NCBI RefSeq assembly: GCF_001194135.2
Contig: NC_068988.1
Location: 54,320,257-54,384,256, forward strand
Length of the DNA stretch: 64,000 bases
Direction: 5' to 3'
From: Octopus bimaculoides
Taxonomy: Eukaryota
Shown: in pieces, positions 61,871-64,000 of the stretch
Layout: each line of letters starts with the position of its first letter
Position numbering within the stretch: the first letter of the stretch is position 1
Notes under the pieces: generated by a model
Told to the model about the DNA's origin: nothing
Database searches by the model: none
The model's input: only the letters and a program-made list of their open reading frames with translations
Program-made: the position numbers and the translations under genes

Positions 61871-62478
61871 ATTAAGAAGTTCAAGACCAGATGCTATTAG
61901 AATATGTGTCATTAGAAAAGTAAGTAGGGTGGTGGTGGTGGTGGTGGTGGTGCAGCATTGAGGCGAGGACGTATGTGACATTTGTAGTGCAACAAAACAT
62001 GTAGTAATGCAGAAAGACTGATATTAGCAATACAATATTCTCTCATAAATACATACACTAAACATGCCTTAATTTATTACATACTTGTATTCGCAATAGT
62101 GTCAGTAAACAATGCATGTTGGCTGGCCCCACTCATGCAAACAAATCACAAAACTACATGCATGTACACATGTAGCTCATCACCCATCATATGAAGATAC
62201 ATCACTCACATAACACCACACACAATCATATACTGTAAAAACTGACATATTACTTATATGTTTACCCAAAGCAACAAACAGACACCATGCATAAATACAA
62301 ATACACAACACACATGTTTACTAGAAAAACTTCTCTTTACAACAAAAACTTAATCAAAGAATGTAAAAGAAAAATGGTTCCAAATAAAACACAAAGAAAA
62401 TTTAAACTGAATGCCTGGAGGAAACTAAAAGTCACGATTTCATGTGAGATTAATTTTATGTTTCTTGTGTATATACAG

Positions 62479-62550
<72 letters not shown>

Positions 62551-63112
62551 TGTGTGTGTGTGTATTAATATATATATATATATAAGTACATATTAATATA
62601 TTTATATATANNNNNNNNNNNNNNNNNNNNNNNNNNNNNNNNNNNNNNNNNNNNNNNNNNNNNNNNNNNNNNNNNNNNNNNNNNNNNNNNNNNNNNNNNN
62701 NNNNNNNNNNNNNNNNNNNNNNNNNNNNNNNNNNNNNNNNNNNNNNNNNNNNNNNNNNNNNNNNNNNNNNNNNNNNNNNNNNNNNNNNNNNNNNNNNNNN
62801 NNNNNNNNNNNNNNNNNNNNNNNNNNNNNNNNNNNNNNNNNNNNNNNNNNNNNNNNNNNNNNNNNNNNNNNNNNNNNNNNNNNNNNNNNNNNNNNNNNNN
62901 NNNNNNNNNNNNNNNNNNNNNNTATACATATATATATATACACACACATACATATCAATTTGTAGATCCAACTTAACTTAGATGTGCTATGAAAATGATG
63001 CCATAAACGGCAGTGATTGCTCTGAGAAATTCCCATGTGTAAACGTGTCAAGTTAAAAAGCATAGATTCTATTAGCAGACTAAATTTTGTTGGAATTGGT
63101 TCTGCATGAACG

Positions 63113-63156
<44 letters not shown>

Positions 63157-63512
63157 CCATACCTCAGTACCACAGACCAAAAGTGGGGAACAGTGGTCCA
63201 TCCAGTGAAGTCGATTGTCTGTAGGTACTAACACTAAGGTTGGGTTATGTTAGGAGTGGCTAATATCAACAATTACATTATGAAAGACAGAAGAATAAAT
63301 ACTGTACTGTACTTTTAATCAAGCATACTATCCAATCTGACAGTGTAAAATACCTGCACACTGTAAATCACTATGATACAGTAAATCTAACATTTTTTTA
63401 TTTAAAATCAGACTTAGCATGGATGGCGAAGAGGTGTTGTTGATATGCTGTAATTTTGTCCACTACTTCTGAAATCTGTTAAAGGGAAGTCCATAGTACC
63501 AAGGTATGAATG

Positions 63513-63544
<32 letters not shown>

Positions 63545-64000
63545 CTAGGGATAGAAGAATGGTTAGTGAGAGCTGTACAAGCCATGTACAGAGATACTGT
63601 CATTAAGGTGAGGGTTGGCAATGAGTACAGTGAAGAATTCCAAGTAGAGGTAGGGGCCCACCAAGGTTCTGTCCTCAGCCCCCTCCTATTTATCATAGTC
63701 CTCCAGGCGATAACAGAGGAATTCAAGACAGGAAGCCCCAGGGAACTCCTCTATGCTGATGACCTTGCACTAATTGCTGAGTCACTATCAGAACTAGAAG
63801 AGAAGTTTCAGGTGTGGAAGCAGGGACTAGAATCGAAGGGCCTGAGAGTCAACCTAGCTAAAACCAAAGTCCTAATAAGTAGAAAGGTAGACAAACCACA
63901 AACCCCTTCAGGTAGATGGCCCTGCTCAATCTGTAGAAAAGGCGTAGGTAGAAACTCTATAATATGTACCCAGTGCAAGCTATGGACACATAAGAGGTGC
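63545..64000 (+). CDS. Partial RTE-clade LINE ORF: reverse transcriptase core plus PHD-like finger, 5'-truncated and running off the window
   Basis: 152 codons without a stop: LGIEEWLVRAVQAMYRD...HQGSVLSPLLFIIVL...ELLYADDLALIA...GLRVNLAKTKVL...WPCSICRKGVGRNSIICTQCKLWTHKRC. YADD is at 63752-63763. Confidence 0.92.

Overview
This is AT-rich, repeat-dense eukaryotic DNA from a gapped scaffold (13 N-runs, about 3.7 kb in total). It is dominated by (TA)n, (TG)n, (ATC)n, (AAT)n and (GAG)n microsatellites and by several tRNA-headed SINE families. This repeat repertoire matches what I recall from Octopus genomes (inference, not a database result). No host protein-coding gene can be supported, and almost every ORF in the supplied track is a microsatellite read-through. 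The window looks like intergenic DNA or the interior of a very large intron. Coding remnants I can recognise all belong to transposons: an open RTE-clade reverse-transcriptase frame with YADD and a PHD-like Cys/His cluster running off the right edge (63545-64000, missed by the ORF track), several other RTE fragments, an R4/Dong-like endonuclease end sitting inside (TAA)n, an I/Jockey-like LINE relic split by two SINEs, a CR1/L2 3' end, and two mariner halves. Non-autonomous piggyBac-, hAT- and mariner-type MITEs are also present. The best leads are a 605-bp fold-back element with nested inverted motifs (56721-57325), two plus-strand acceptor-plus-donor (AG|GTAAG) sites that look like recursive splice or microexon sites (38790, 58796), a SINE-tail fold-back hairpin (13443-13775), two near-perfect RFX X-boxes, and modular head/body swapping among the SINEs. 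SINE family letters (A, A', B, C, D, E) are my own working labels. Repeat boundaries were read by eye and are approximate (about +/-20 bp) unless a TSD or TIR is quoted.
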